DNA of 64,000 nucleotides, taken from Lingula anatina (taxonomy: Eukaryota; Animalia; Brachiopoda). The notes beneath the pieces were generated by a model. The model was given only the letters and a program-made list of their open reading frames with translations, did no database searches and was not told the DNA's origin. A program made the position numbers and the translations under genes. The stretch is from positions 8,990,001 through 9,054,000 of the forward strand of contig CM120642.1 of the NCBI GenBank assembly GCA_051362555.1, read 5' to 3'. Shown piece by piece: positions 44,656-58,214 of this stretch (its first letter is position 1; every line of letters starts with the position of its first letter).

Positions 44656-47600
44656 TTTGAAAAACGATAGACAGGTAGACAAACGTGATAACATTTTTAA
44701 CGACAGAAAGGCCTTTTCTGGAGGTAAGCTCATACCATCGGTTCTTATTTCCAGTGGTGCCCTGCGTACCTCGGCGGGTGGTTCTGTTTCAGGTTTGGGA
44801 ATAGTTACGCATACTTCCGTCAATACATTCTCATCCTTATCTTCCTCTTTTTTGTCCTTCTCACTCTGTAAGCAGCACAACTGAATAAATCCTTTATATA
44901 TTGGCAAACTTTTTTGAGCAAATTTTTCGACTTCTGCTATGCTGAATGTGATAGGTTCGGTCAAGGCAGTATTGTAAACAAACTCCAGGTCAGGATAGTC
45001 GTCTGGTGAGGGTTGGAGATTACCGCGGAATTTAATCTCTAACCTTTGGCCCTCATGAACGGCTACGTCATCACCTACTGGTCCATCGTCGTAGCCATCT
45101 TCGGCGTATTTTTTGATGAAACGTTCGGATTTGTTCGCCAGAACTGGATGTATTATAATGTTTCTTGGTTCTGAAGATTTTTGTCGCACGATGAAGTTTA
45201 CGTAGCGTTTGTAGAGAAACGATTCCACTGCCTTGGCAAGCTTTTCTATTCGCGGGACCATTCCCTTTTTATCCATCTTTTTACATCGTAAAAGGAGGAT
45301 TCTAAAAGGCAAAAATAAAAACAAATGTAAATATTGTTGAAGTTTAAGAAATGCTTAGCCTATAACCGTACATAAAAGTTAAAACAAAGGCAACGCCCTT
45401 ACGCTCGAATCGATTAAATACATCTATTTTTTTCTTGCATATTTTCTCCTCATTCTTTTAAAAATTGTACTTTTTTATGTTATATTTCCATAGCAGTTCG
45501 TCTGTCAATCCGCCCAACTGCCAGTCTATTAATCTGTTTGTTTGGCTGTCGTATCTGTCTCCATTTTTACATGTGTATATACTCGATCAATCAAGATAAC
45601 TGCATAAAAGCAATCTACCATAATCCCCACTCCTTTTACCTTTCTTTTGTCTCTTCCCATTCAATTGCTACCTGGTCGTTGATGGTCGAGGGTTTCAACT
45701 GAGCGTCTGCCCGCAAGACCCACCCACCATGTGCGTTTTGTGTTAAGAGATACACAAATGTAGTGTCATCCGCATCTGCAACAAAACACGGTGAAATAAA
45801 GAAAACAAGCTCAATTAATGAACCATTCTTGAGGGAGGTCATTGTAAGTTTAAGTAATGATTTGAAATATTATTATTGTTATTATTATACGCAGAATTTG
45901 AACTGTACGTTTCAAATGAACTGATGAGGTAAAATTGGCATATGACAGTTTTTTGATCTGATAATCCGCCCTTTTTAAAGTGCTGATTATCAGATTACTT
46001 AAAAGTACGCGTTTAAAAACTTCAAACCTTAATCAGTCAAACCTAGATCTTTAACGGATTTTGCAAACTCATTTGGAAACCTATTTGTACATAATTTTAG
46101 CGGTTATACTTATATATTATGTCAACATGCATATATATACCTTGTTTCTGTCGAAAACCAAAGGACGTAGTTGGACGTGTCGGAGCGGACCGTTTCTCCT
46201 TGACGCCACTGGTTTGAGGTCTTTTCTTTTTAATACCCCCGGGACAGGGCAGATTGAGTAGCACTGGCTGGGTTAGCTTGTGTTGAAAACTGATGGTCAT
46301 GATTGCACTGGCAGATATGAAGGCATCGTCCTCACAGGCGCGTGATTTGAAGTCACTGATCAAAGCGCCGTCTAGTGGTTGAACCTGAAAATCAGCGTTG
46401 TCATGCGCTTTTAGCATTCATGGTCTTGTATACCATTGTGGCATCTTAAAGCTCACAGCGGTTACGTGTAAAATGAATTCGACCAACAACAAATAAGAAA
46501 CAAGATATTTTCTAGTCGCTGAAGCAGATTTTCGGATCTTAATGGTTTTTTCATCTGGGCTAAAATACTTTCTACGCTTGATGAATTTATCTCTCGAAAA
46601 ACCAAATACAATATTATGGAATTCACTTACTTCTAGATAGACCTGTGTTGGTGATTTGAACAGACCCTTGGGGACGTTAATGTATATTCTGCTGTCCACA
46701 GTAGATGTCAGCTTGCCGCCTCTTTTGCCCACTTGGGGACGGTCCCTCTTTGGTCTTGTCACCACTGCTGCCAGCGTGGTTTTAGATAGATGATCAACTT
46801 TTCCCTCGAGGAATCGGATGTCCTACAGTACATGAAAATTAGAGCCATATTGGCGAGAAAACGTGTATCTGTAGAGTTTGCGTGTTTTAATATAGTTCGG
46901 AATTCCGCACAATAGTTAAAATGATGACGACGTAAATGTATTCTTATGAAATTTACAATAGTTCTATGATAAAGATGGCCACGAAGGGATCGTTTCAAAG
47001 GTTTACATGATTTCTGCAAATGAAGGTAATTTAAGTAATCACCCCACCCCGAAATTATTAAGGTTGTTGTATGAAAGTGGTATTTTCAGTGTTCTATGCA
47101 GTTTTAAAAATGAGCTTAAAACGAATTAATCAAACAGCAGATATCCACGCACTGTCTATGGAGGCCATATATGATTTTTAACAATTTCTAGCAATTTATT
47201 TTCTGAGAAATCTTCCTTACTCTCACCCATCTTCCTTACTCTCACCATTGGATCTCTGTGTCGGCCTACACAGTGGTCTGTAAAAGCTTACCTTGTGTTC
47301 TGTACACACCATGTCCTCACTGGGAACTTCTGTCCATGCGGTATCCTGCAGAATCTTTATCACAAGTTCTCGCGTTGGCATTGCTCTGGGGGCGCAGTGG
47401 GGGAGAGAGATCATGGTCACCTCCTGGAGAAAAAAAAAGCAGTGTTCAAACAGTATGAACACAAACCAATGGCAAAGAGGCACGTGCACACAACGCATAT
47501 TTAATAGAATTTTAGTTTAAAAGGTATTTCATCAATTTACCTATGTACTAGTATAAACGAATTTTTCGTACATTCTGAGAAATTTGATTTAATGTAGTTA

Positions 47601-49964
47601 AAATCATGAGTTTTTTTTTTCTTTTTGCAAAATAGAGAGTGATGTCAAGGCGAGTCATTGTTGTTTAGAAGAACGAAGAACAGGCCAATACCTTGAATTC
47701 ATCGATTTCCTCTGACAAGATGATTTCAACAATGTTGCTTACAAGTTCTTCATTTTCAACCAGTGGAGACGACACTTCTAAGAAATTAGCACATGAGCAC
47801 TGTATGTCGTCTTTTTTTAACGAAAACTCTTTCACTTTCATTATACAACAAACACCCTGGCTAAAGTCTTCTGCATCACTTTTGTATCTGAAAGGTAAAG
47901 CGCATGTTACATGTATCTACCTGGATTCGTTTGTATGGAGAACGGCAGTACCCGGTGATCACCTGTAGTTAGAAATTAAAAACCACACTTTTTTAAAAAT
48001 AAAGTTTGATTTTTTTTTTATATTGGGTCATTTCACAATTGATTGTAAGTCAAGACTTTTTGTAAGGCCCACTCTTTTGGCATAGCATTGAAGAACAGCG
48101 TAAAAAGAGCCCGGTAATGGAAACAAATTAAAAGAAACGAATCATTCAAAAAGCTAGAGAAATGGGATGCTATCACGGAAAATTGCTTACGTGAATTGGT
48201 TGAAGATGGCATGTGGTCCTGTCACCGTGATGGCAGGTGTCACAGGGCGACTATGATCAGGTGAGCGTGGTGACGGTGTAATAGCCCCTAGTCTGTCTTG
48301 GTCACCGTTTCCAGCATTCCTTGGAGTATCATCATCCTCAGTCGTGCCCTCCGGTGCTGGACTCAACACCTGGTCGGATCTTGGCGTTGTGTCGTTTTCA
48401 GTTTCTGAACGTGGAGTTTCGTCTGGGTTTTTGTCCTCACCGAATTCGCCTTCAACTTCATCGTAAGCATGGATGTTTTCCTCTTGTTGTGAGGTTATAC
48501 CGATCTCTCGCAGAGAATCCTGGCCCTGCTGTTCTTTGCCACTAGCATCATCTTCAACTGGATTAGGACTGGCCCTTCCATTATTGCCTTTGTCTGAAAA
48601 ACCATTCGCCATGTCGGAATCATCTCCTTTTTGATTGCTTTCTTCATGAGCATTTTCCATATCTTTTAAAGCATCAGCGACGTGTTTTGTCTCGCGCACT
48701 ACCTCTTCTGCCGCGACCGACGCCTCGGCTGTCACCACCTCTGCTTCCGCCGCCGCCTTAATGGCTTCTGTGAGGTCCAAGGCTGCCTGGGCAAGAACGG
48801 CTTTTGCGGCATCAACTTTCGCCTTGCTTGCTGCTAGAGTAAAAATAGTCAATTATTGAGCGAATGGAGGTGAAAAACGGAGCGATTTTGCTGCATAGGG
48901 TGAACTTTTGTTTTTAAAAACGAGATTGCTGTGCTGCCTTTAACAATAAAATATTTTTATCTTTTACGTTCAGTACGTACTATGCGGTTAGACTGTATCG
49001 TCAAATCACTTATCAAATCGCGTATTAGTAACGTTCTTTAAACGCTAACGGAAAGAAACTTCATCAATTATTTTTCATGAGGTTGTCTCAACAATGGGAG
49101 ATGCCTTCACTTACCTGCTGACTCACTAGACAAGGCATCCCCTTTCACCTTCATCTTGACATCAGATAGACATTGTCTCAGGGTTGTTATGGAGCGAGAC
49201 AACTTGTTGGAGAACTTCTCGCATTTTTTCAAGGTTCTTGATGCCGACTGAAGCCTCGTTTTCATTCCGTTGTAATCCTCCGCTGTCTCCTCGAAGTTGA
49301 TTTTGTCCTTATCATTTTGCAAAGTTTCAACGATTGCGTCTAGATCGTTTAGAATGTTACCATTCTCAAAAACAGAGGACACAGAGGACATGATAGAAAT
49401 GGTGTCTTCGTCTTTCCTCTGCTTTGATGGGGACAGCCGTCTTGGTGAGCCATTTTTTTCATCGGCCTTATCAAACTTGTCATCGTCAAGATCACTGTTG
49501 TAGTCTCTGTCATCTGTGGGGATATTGGCAAAAAACTCGTCCGCAGGAGTTTCCATATTTCTATGGATGTCTTCATCTGTAGAAAGTCCACCGTTTTCCA
49601 TCTTACTCGGACTGTCTGAACCAGGGCTTATATTGTCGGATTGTAGACCTGATTTGTTAACAGTCGTGCTCTCACAACCACGAAGACTTTTTCTCTCCAC
49701 CTCGTCATTCTGCGTGTTTGCTTGATCCTCTGTGTCTTCCCTGTCATCGACATGGTTGGTGTTGTAACTCACTTCACCCTCGGTGACCTCATCTTTATTT
49801 GCAGTTTCTCCTTTGTTTTCATTTTCACTTCTCTGCTCCGCGGTGCCGCCATCTTCTTCGTCCTCAAAATCATCATTATAGTATTCTTCATTGGCATCCA
49901 GGTTGTCTGGCGTTTTTTCATTCTGATCAGTCACTACGGGTGGATCGTCTTCCTTAGCCTCCAT
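43080..49964 (-). CDS. DTHD1: Death domain-containing protein 1-like (acidic N-terminus, ZU5/UPA-like region, two C-terminal death domains), about 12 coding exons
   Basis: Approximate exons: 49115-49964, 48191-48833, 47692-47887 (NEELVSNIVEI), 47292-47425, 46630-46822 (GGKLTSTVDSRI), 46142-46386, 45639-45777, 44735-45301 (EGQRLEIKFRGN), 44156-44363, 43689-43796, 43275-43518 (WKTVASNLHL...ERCYQALQKW) and 43080-43102. The architecture matches DTHD1. Confidence 0.85.
44594..44654. repeat. Poly(T) run of about 60 nt in a DTHD1 intron
   Basis: Direct reading. It explains the artefactual poly-K tail of ORF 44584-45324. Confidence 0.9.
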
Positions 49965-52042
49965 ATTAATTTTCAATTATAGAAGCTTTGAAAGGTATTT
50001 TCCTAAAAATACAAAAAGCAGAGATGTATAAAACTACAGTACAATAAAAAATCTTTGTTGGCTTTGATACCTTGTCGGCAATCGAAGAGATCACGTCACC
50101 TTTTCGTTGTTTAATATCTTAACGCGTTCTCTGCATTTCACTTGCTCTGATACCCAAAGGTATGTGACATCCATAAAGAAATGAATATCCACTACATAGT
50201 AACGCAAAGTATTAAAATAATCTCAAAACGGCTAATAATGAATTTTTTCAAGCCAGACGGTTTTTAAATATGAAAAATATTGAGGACACAAGGCAAATGT
50301 GACAATTATGCGTACAGTCTTTGAACATATTGACAATTAAAATTGACTGTCAGTCGTCGATGTGTCCCAACTCATACTGAAGTAATTAAATTTCGAAGAA
50401 TCGGAGTAAACATGAACTAGCAATGTATTGTTTAAAGAAAAGGTATTGCTTGCAGTTGCTAATGAGTATCCTTGTGGAACTTCTCATCGTCTTAAAATCT
50501 CTTATCAGGCACTGGATAAATTTTAATGATTCAATGTCTGTTTTAAATTAATCGCCATTTCGCGTAAATTTTGGATAATACCAAGGCAAACCCCACTAGA
50601 CACGCAGAGCAATAGTGATTCTACACAGAACACAATAAACATCGTTCATATAAAAGCTTAAACTTGAATTTTGTTTCGACACAAGGTCATAGCGCGTTGC
50701 TTCCCGCTAATATTAGCTTTAAGTATACACCCAAGACGTGACATTTCAATGAAAATTCGCGTAAATTGAGTTGCAGTTACTATCCATTTTCTTTCCCATT
50801 AAAACTTGTGAAATTGTGTATATCAACGGAAGTCAATTTCCTTTCCGATAGAGAATGATCAAACTTCCTATCGGGCGTAATTTCATATTAGGTAACATGG
50901 ATTAGCAATCTGAGGCACGTAATACATATACATGGATATACATGTATATAAGTATGGGTACATGTACCACTCGCTTGAATCTTCACGACGCATTTTACAG
51001 ATGCTCGGGCATCCCGTTCACACCTGTCTAGCATATGAGCTTTCCATTGTCTATTTACACAAAGTTCACCAAATGTCTTGTATTTGTGGCAAACTAATGT
51101 TTACCAACACGTCTAGATTTAGGGCGAAAGAGCACGAAAAAGACGTATTTCCATTCACTTTTAGATCTTACCCCTGTATCTAAAGCGTTCAAGGATAACC
51201 AATACCTGAGAATTTGGAGCGATCTATTATCAGTTCAAACGTGTCTAGAAAATTATGTGACTCCTGAAAATAGCATCTATATCTACATCTATATCTGTAT
51301 TTACATCTATCTCACAAACAGAACACACGTGTAAGAAAACAACTTTCATGGTCAATATAAGAGGTAATGCAATCAATCAGTGAATGTGCAACACACGATT
51401 TAAAGAAAATGATTTGGTTTCAGTCTAAGGTGCTTAAAGCTTCTAGATGCTCGCCATAGAATTAAACGGGGTTAGGTTTAAAACACATCACTATGATGAC
51501 TAAATAAAGACAATGATTGTATCACCAGTGACGCAGTGTGTCACCCCTGTGGATAGTGTGGTGGATAATGTATAAGACGGTGTTCGCAGTTTCTTTTTGA
51601 TGTCATATTTAGTATAAAGCTTGTAAGCCTGAATGGCAGATGGTTGGCAATTGGCATGTAGCAAGTTATCTTACGTGAATATTTGCTCATATATGCCATC
51701 TGAATAATTTTCCAAGAATATCTAAGCCTACTGCTTTCAATGAATTTTGTAAGCATTCTTCTTGACGTTGCATAAGTAGATGACCCAAGCCAGACTGCCA
51801 TTTATTGATGCGAACAAACTGACTGCGCAAAGATTTTCAAGTCTTTGTGAAACGCAAAGAACAAAAACCAAAAAACAATCCTAAAAACGTGTAAACATAA
51901 CTTACCTCATTTAACAGAAGAAAACATTTAAACTTAGTCTCACAGGACACCTTTTAACAGCTACACAGTTGTTTAGTTACAGCTGTTTAACGTGATGTTA
52001 GGTTTGGGTGGCCATTGATTAACGGATCAATTACGCGGAGAT

Positions 52043-52057
52043 GTTGTCAATGGTTAC
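52043..52057. promoter_or_regulatory. X-box (RFX)-like motif upstream of DTHD1-like
   Basis: GTTGTC-AAT-GGTTAC, about 140 bp upstream (minus-strand sense) of a donor AG|GTAAG at about 51901-51907. Forkhead-like GTAAACA at 51891-51897. Confidence 0.3.
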
Positions 52058-53666
52058 ATTTGTGAACGAGTCAACATTTTATTACAATTCAACCGTGCCT
52101 GAGAAAGTAAGAGTATGTAGTATACCAACACAGCTTGTTTGTTTAAGTTAATATTAAGTCGTATTTTAAATTACCATGAAGAGAAAAGAATTAATTATGT
52201 TCGTATTGCAGTCATGATTGATAGCATGGTATATCGCAAAAATACCAGAATTCCTTATAAATAGATCTCTGACTAACAACTTTCACTCAAAATCAAATAG
52301 AAAAGACAGTAAAAATAATGCAGAATATTGTAACAGTGCACGTAGTGGCCATACATCGCATACAATGTCAAAATGATTCAGAATCTCCTTTACTTATCCT
52401 ACCGTGTACCACTAAGACTTGTTTTCAATCAGTATATAGAACAATCCTGATACTTCCTAATGCAACTGCTTTCCAAGAGTTCAGTCGCTTTTTAATTTGA
52501 ATAGATTTTTTTCTTAATATGCTATTATGCAAACAAAAAGCAACAAGAATGATTTTAAGCGCAAGTGTTCATACCATCCATGATACGATGTAAGTATGGA
52601 ACAGCGCTAGAGCGTAAGGGTTTGACTCAAGGCCATCTTGCATTTCTCACGCAAAAAACGAATTGATTCTAAATAAGCACTCAAGAGGAACAGTTCAATA
52701 GAGCAGCTCATACCTCTGAGCCAGTTGATGGGTTGTGGTAAAATACTATTGACTGATGCAATATCACTTTTCCAATATTGATAATTAATGAGGCCGTTTA
52801 CGATCTCACATTCTGAAGTCAAAAACTAATGATTTTGCTCTTGGACGAGAAAACTGTTTTTTTTTCAATCTTCAATCAAATTTCTCGTTTCAGAGAACTA
52901 AAAAAAAAGTACGCATTCTCCCCGCACAAGTTAAGTTGTTATATTTTTTCATTCGTATTCTCGTTTCAAATTTAAAGTGGGTCTTGTTCACTGTACCCCT
53001 CTGTCAAATTAAAATGACAAAGAAGCTACAACAGCTATAAGATGAGATGAAGAAGTTAAGTAACGCTATTTGCATTAGGGAACACACCTCCTTATACCAA
53101 CCACTAACAGCGTCTCCTAACTCCATAGCTACGAAGTTGTACATGTATATTTTTTTCGAACTGGGTCTCATGCTAAAAATTGGGACTTTTTCCCGTTGTT
53201 TTAGCACACTGAGTAGTAAAACACACCGCCTTGACTCTGACTCGACTTACCTTTTGTTCACTGCTGTTTTGTGTGATTATTCTCTCTAGTCCTTAACTAC
53301 CCGCTGAACAGAACCATACGGTGATATGTAAAATCGACTATACTGACCACTGTGTCTGGTCAATTCCGACCTCAAAGTCCTGGCGTTCTACCTGTCGCGT
53401 GTGAGTTCGGCTGTAATAGTTTGGGGTATTTAGTTGGATTAAAGAAACATAAATGTTATGTTAGATAACACGGTATCAATTGCGTGGGGTTATTATTGAC
53501 GTGTACAGGTACTGTATTGAACGTTGTATCAACATACACGCTATTGCACTGGCAGCTATTTGTCACTATGAGACATTTCGTGCACCTGTACAATATACCG
53601 GCCACATGTAAGATGTATGTGTTGATACATGTAGTATGTGTGCCTTCACCACCACACCCCAGCGCA

Positions 53667-53712
53667 GCACGCACGCACACGCACACACACACACAAACAC
53701 ACACACACACAC
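53667..53712. repeat. Imperfect (CA)n/(GCAC)n microsatellite
   Basis: Direct reading. Confidence 0.85.
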
Positions 53713-56700
53713 GTAAAGACGCGCTCACGCACGGGCATGCGCACACTTCCATAGTGAAGTATAGGCACATGTGCGCTCATTTACCCCACCGGACCTGTGA
53801 AATTATAGCATGATATTTAAAAGGGCAGAAGGAATGGCTGCTGATCGAAAGTTATCGAAATGTACCTTTGCTGGTTTATTTCTTGACTGGGTGCACATTT
53901 TATTAATTGGGCTACGACAGTTAAAACAGCAACGAAATAGCAACGAAAAATATTTGAACAGTATGGAAGTCTTATGAACATCGGGGAAACTTAAGATGAT
54001 TGCTTATAATTATATATAATAATTATTGCTACAGCTACATGCTTTCACTAAAAAGTGTAAAGATGGCATTCTTAAACAGAGCTCTACTTGTATTGTAATG
54101 ATTAAAACGGCTGCTATGTTAAAACTATGATCCGGTTGTTCACTGGGTCGAGAGCGATATCGAACCAAGGACTCATACAACTACAATTGCGACAGATGAG
54201 CACTCCTGTGTACATGACCACAAGCAAAGTTCTGAAAACACAGTCGACACGGAGTTTACGAAAATGCCATTGAAGCCCTTTAAGGAAACAATCCTTTCAA
54301 AATGGTTAGAATTTTTAATAAGCACACCCACTATCTTATAATTTCTTATTTATTGTCGTTTAATGATAGAGTGGTTGGTTGATCTTTTTTTTTTCTTTTT
54401 CGTTTTTAGTTTTCAACTCTTAAATTATTGGAAATTAATTTGTCTATACCTGGAGATTAAGATTGCAAAATGGCGCCATAGGTCAACTGTTTTAGCGATT
54501 TTCTTTGATTTCATGAAATAAAAACTGGTCAAACTTGCACACAAGCAATCAGTTTATCCAAATTTTACCTTCCAAAGACTTGTTGCTTGGGTCTTCTTGC
54601 GTAACTGGTAACTTTCCTCCCGCGACAATTTATTCTCAAGCTGTTTCTTTACATTAAAAAAAAAAGAATTGACTTAAAGTGCAACACTAAAAACCGCAAC
54701 TGAGCCGTAATAACGCCGTGTTTAAACACATTACGATTTCATAGCCACGTTTTCCATTCTGCTCCCCTTGTATCGGGTTGACTTGTGTGTGTTAAAGCAA
54801 AGGTAAATTTAAACAGTGTCACCATGAATAAAGCGGAGTTGATATGTGAGAAAATGGGACCCGTTGAAGGAAAAGCGACTGATAAATTTTGTAAACAGTG
54901 GCTATTTGCTCATCGGTGGAGTATGCGCTACTTTAAAAGCCCACTTTAAGCCGGGAATGCACTCCTTAGTGACGGCCTAGCGAATCTCAACCGAATCGGT
55001 TATTCTTTACCAGTGACTATAAATTTTGGACCAGCGATTCACCGGCTCGGTAAGAGTATTCATCTTTCACAACGTAAAAGATATAAATGAGAAATTGATT
55101 CTGGTTGAATTCCAATTTACAGAAAAGATGTGATGATATCTGATTTACTGAAAAGCTGTTCCTGCGACATGAAATTAATCAGGTCTCAAGGCATTGGCGT
55201 TGTAATAAATCATATAAGGATTCAATCAGTTAAATTTTATTTGTATATGGTGAACATCAGGTAACTGGCAATTTTTCCCCTTGCAGTATTAAAGAGGGAG
55301 TTCTGCAAACAGAATTGGAAATGATCAAAGTCGTGAAAGTATCATTATACGAAAATGTAATTGATATTACCTTTAAGTATTTCCGTACTGCATCGTTCAA
55401 ATATAAACCATTTGCCTTTTTTAACACTTTGACCTAGAGAATCACTTATACCCAGATAAATGAAGATGGAGCGTTGCAAAGTTAAAGATTAAGGGCTCGG
55501 TTTTAGTTTGACAGGCAAACATTTCCCTGACACGTACTCCAGTATATCCATGTGTATATATACTCTGCCACCAAACACCCGGGGTTTCAGAGTAAGTCTG
55601 CTTGCTTTTCTCTGTTACAGACTACGGTATACCGATAGAGGGCAGCAGATTACATTGAGCCGCAGGGTGTGATCTGCACAGGGTTTAACTCAATGTGACG
55701 ATTTGAGATAAAAGGCGGACTCACGTCTAACGTAAGAGACCTTCTCAATAAGAGAGGGAGTTGATTAAGTTTCATGTTTTCAATTACTGGATGTTAATTG
55801 GATTCTCCTCTAAAGCTTCAAATCTTGTGTTTTTGAATTAATGTAACAAAAAGCGTTTAACCAATCTCCTAAATGTATTTGCACATAAAGCTTTAAGCTC
55901 AAAAGGCTTTTGTGATTGATATGTAGATCGAAAAATTTCGATTTTCTTATGTTGCTGAATCATTTGCAAATACAGATGTAATACTTCTAGCATTTAATAG
56001 ACTAAAACAATAACACAGAACCATTTTTACCTAAAAATGAACTGGTCATAGATTGCCCGATCCGAAAATTTTCTAATAAACCATTTTTTTTGTAATACTG
56101 GTGAATTAATACTTTCATAAGTGGAATAATATTTATATCTGCGCACTGCTTCATCTGTCACACACTTAAAATATCTTGAGTCGGGTATCACATGTACCTG
56201 ACGGCCTACCCCTGGATGGCTGTTAGCAACTGTGATGTCCTTCTCCGCCTTAAAGATATAAGGACGCGAGCAGCTCGAAGAAACAAGTCCATAACTACGC
56301 ACGCATTTCATTTGTGATTATATACATAGGTTTCTTTAAGATAGAAAAATGCACCATAAGGTGTGGCAGCTATACTTACAGATGGCTCAGAGAAGCTAGT
56401 AGGTCCAACGCTCAAAATCATGAAGCCAAATGAATCCGTTCTTTAAAACTAACCCTTTCTAATTTTTACACCATGGCATGAGGACTGTGTCACCAAGGAG
56501 CCGGCTTTTTCAAAGTGGTCCCAATTAAATCGTTATGATCGATTCCTGCTTGGCCTTAAATAACGAACGGCGGTGACATTTAAAATAACTGCTTTTTGTC
56601 TTTCGGTTAAGGTAATACATTTTTCATGAGCACAGTTGAATAGGTCTTGTTGATTTCTGATACAATCACAGTATACGGTGTATTGTCTGTGAGCACACAG

Positions 56701-58214
56701 AGAGTTGTAATGTGATCAGGTTAAAGGAAAGACGAGTGCGAGCTCCTTGTTTCAAATCAGGACAGTTCATAGGTGAAGACTTGATGGTAAGTCAGATGTA
56801 ATTACAACTGGTCGAAAAACGTGTTTTCGTTCTGAAATCTGAATATTGACAGTTTCTTTTATGTTGAGGCAAGTATGGTACGCATGTGAAGTATCTTGCA
56901 GTCCATAGGTTAACCTGTACACAAAGAGTAAGGTAGCGAGATAGCGTCCGAGATAGTCAACTCCTTCTGACTGCCTGTCGCTTGATTTTTACAATAATTC
57001 AGTAAGATTAGTATGATGAAACAAAAAGAAGGGATTGTACCGTTCAATAGGTTGGGTGACTTTTGGTAAACAGTGGAGCAAAATGTAGCATGAGAAACGG
57101 TCTCCTCAATTTTTGTGGATAATTCAACTTGATTAAATTTTACTGCATCTATAATTCGATCGTTATTAATCTTTTGACCAAGACCAAGGTTTAAGCACAG
57201 ACCTTGCGCCTTTGAATTAAAGTTACTTACATTGACAAAGGGCTTAGATCTTTTAATATGTTAAAACATACTACCGATACAGATAAACATACAGCAGTGT
57301 ATACGGCACTATGAATATTTTATTTGGCGGCAATTCGAATTGATATTCAGGGGTTAATTAAATGAAATGCACACTACTAGAAAAGTAAATATTGCTGGCT
57401 TTTACTTCAAACTAATTTAACAAGGTGGATTTTATTTCTGTGAGCTTCAAATGTAGCTTGTTCCTCTTTATAAGTTAACTTACTTATACAAATACATTAT
57501 ACATCTGTTGTGCTTCTGAGAAATAGATGACTTAATTTCTGTTGCTTGTTTTCAAGCCATCGCAGAAATGATTCCACTTTGATTGATATGTTTAACATAA
57601 AGAAATGATTTCCAGTTTAAAGACCGCCACATATGGTTGCATATCCCATCTTACAATAACCCATTGCCATCATACAAAAGAAAAATAATTACATCCTTTT
57701 CTATTTGATTTCAGAAAAAATTGCGATGTGCTCCAACAAAGGATACAATGCACGCAAAGGATGCAGGCCCATTATACCCCGGATGCTTTTAGTATGCTGT
57801 TGCTGAGGTTCTATTTTTTATAACGTTACCGAAGAATATAGACCCCTACCGCTTGCTTAAATTAAACGAATATTCTGGGAAAACACACGAGGAAATTACT
57901 TCGTGGTTAACAATTCTGTGATAAACACTACGAAATTAGAGCCGCCTGCAGATTTTTGGATCAATGCAAGTGTTAAATGGTTTTTATAGTGCCAAAAGAG
58001 AAGTACGTGTCGACGGTTTATTGAGGTCTGTCAAAACTTCTCGCAAGCGATGCAATTATTTCCACTCTGCACTACAGATGACTGCTAATAGCAAATATAG
58101 ATGAAATGATTAACATTTGAAGTAATTTTTTTTAGATCAATCTTTGGAAAATCATAATTTATGGATGAAAGCGAGTGTTACTCTTCTCTCAGACATTGAA
58201 ATACCTCAAATACC

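Noticed and set aside
44584-44734. Poly-lysine C-terminus of ORF 44584-45324
   Set aside because: It is read-through past a splice donor into an intronic homopolymer.
54140-54210. tRNA gene on the minus strand (GGTTCGATA B-box-like)
   Set aside because: No cloverleaf could be formed. At most it is a decayed SINE head.
50100-57700. Short ORFs between DTHD1-like and the kelch gene
   Set aside because: No recognisable domains or consistent exon chains. Probably UTR introns and intergenic DNA.
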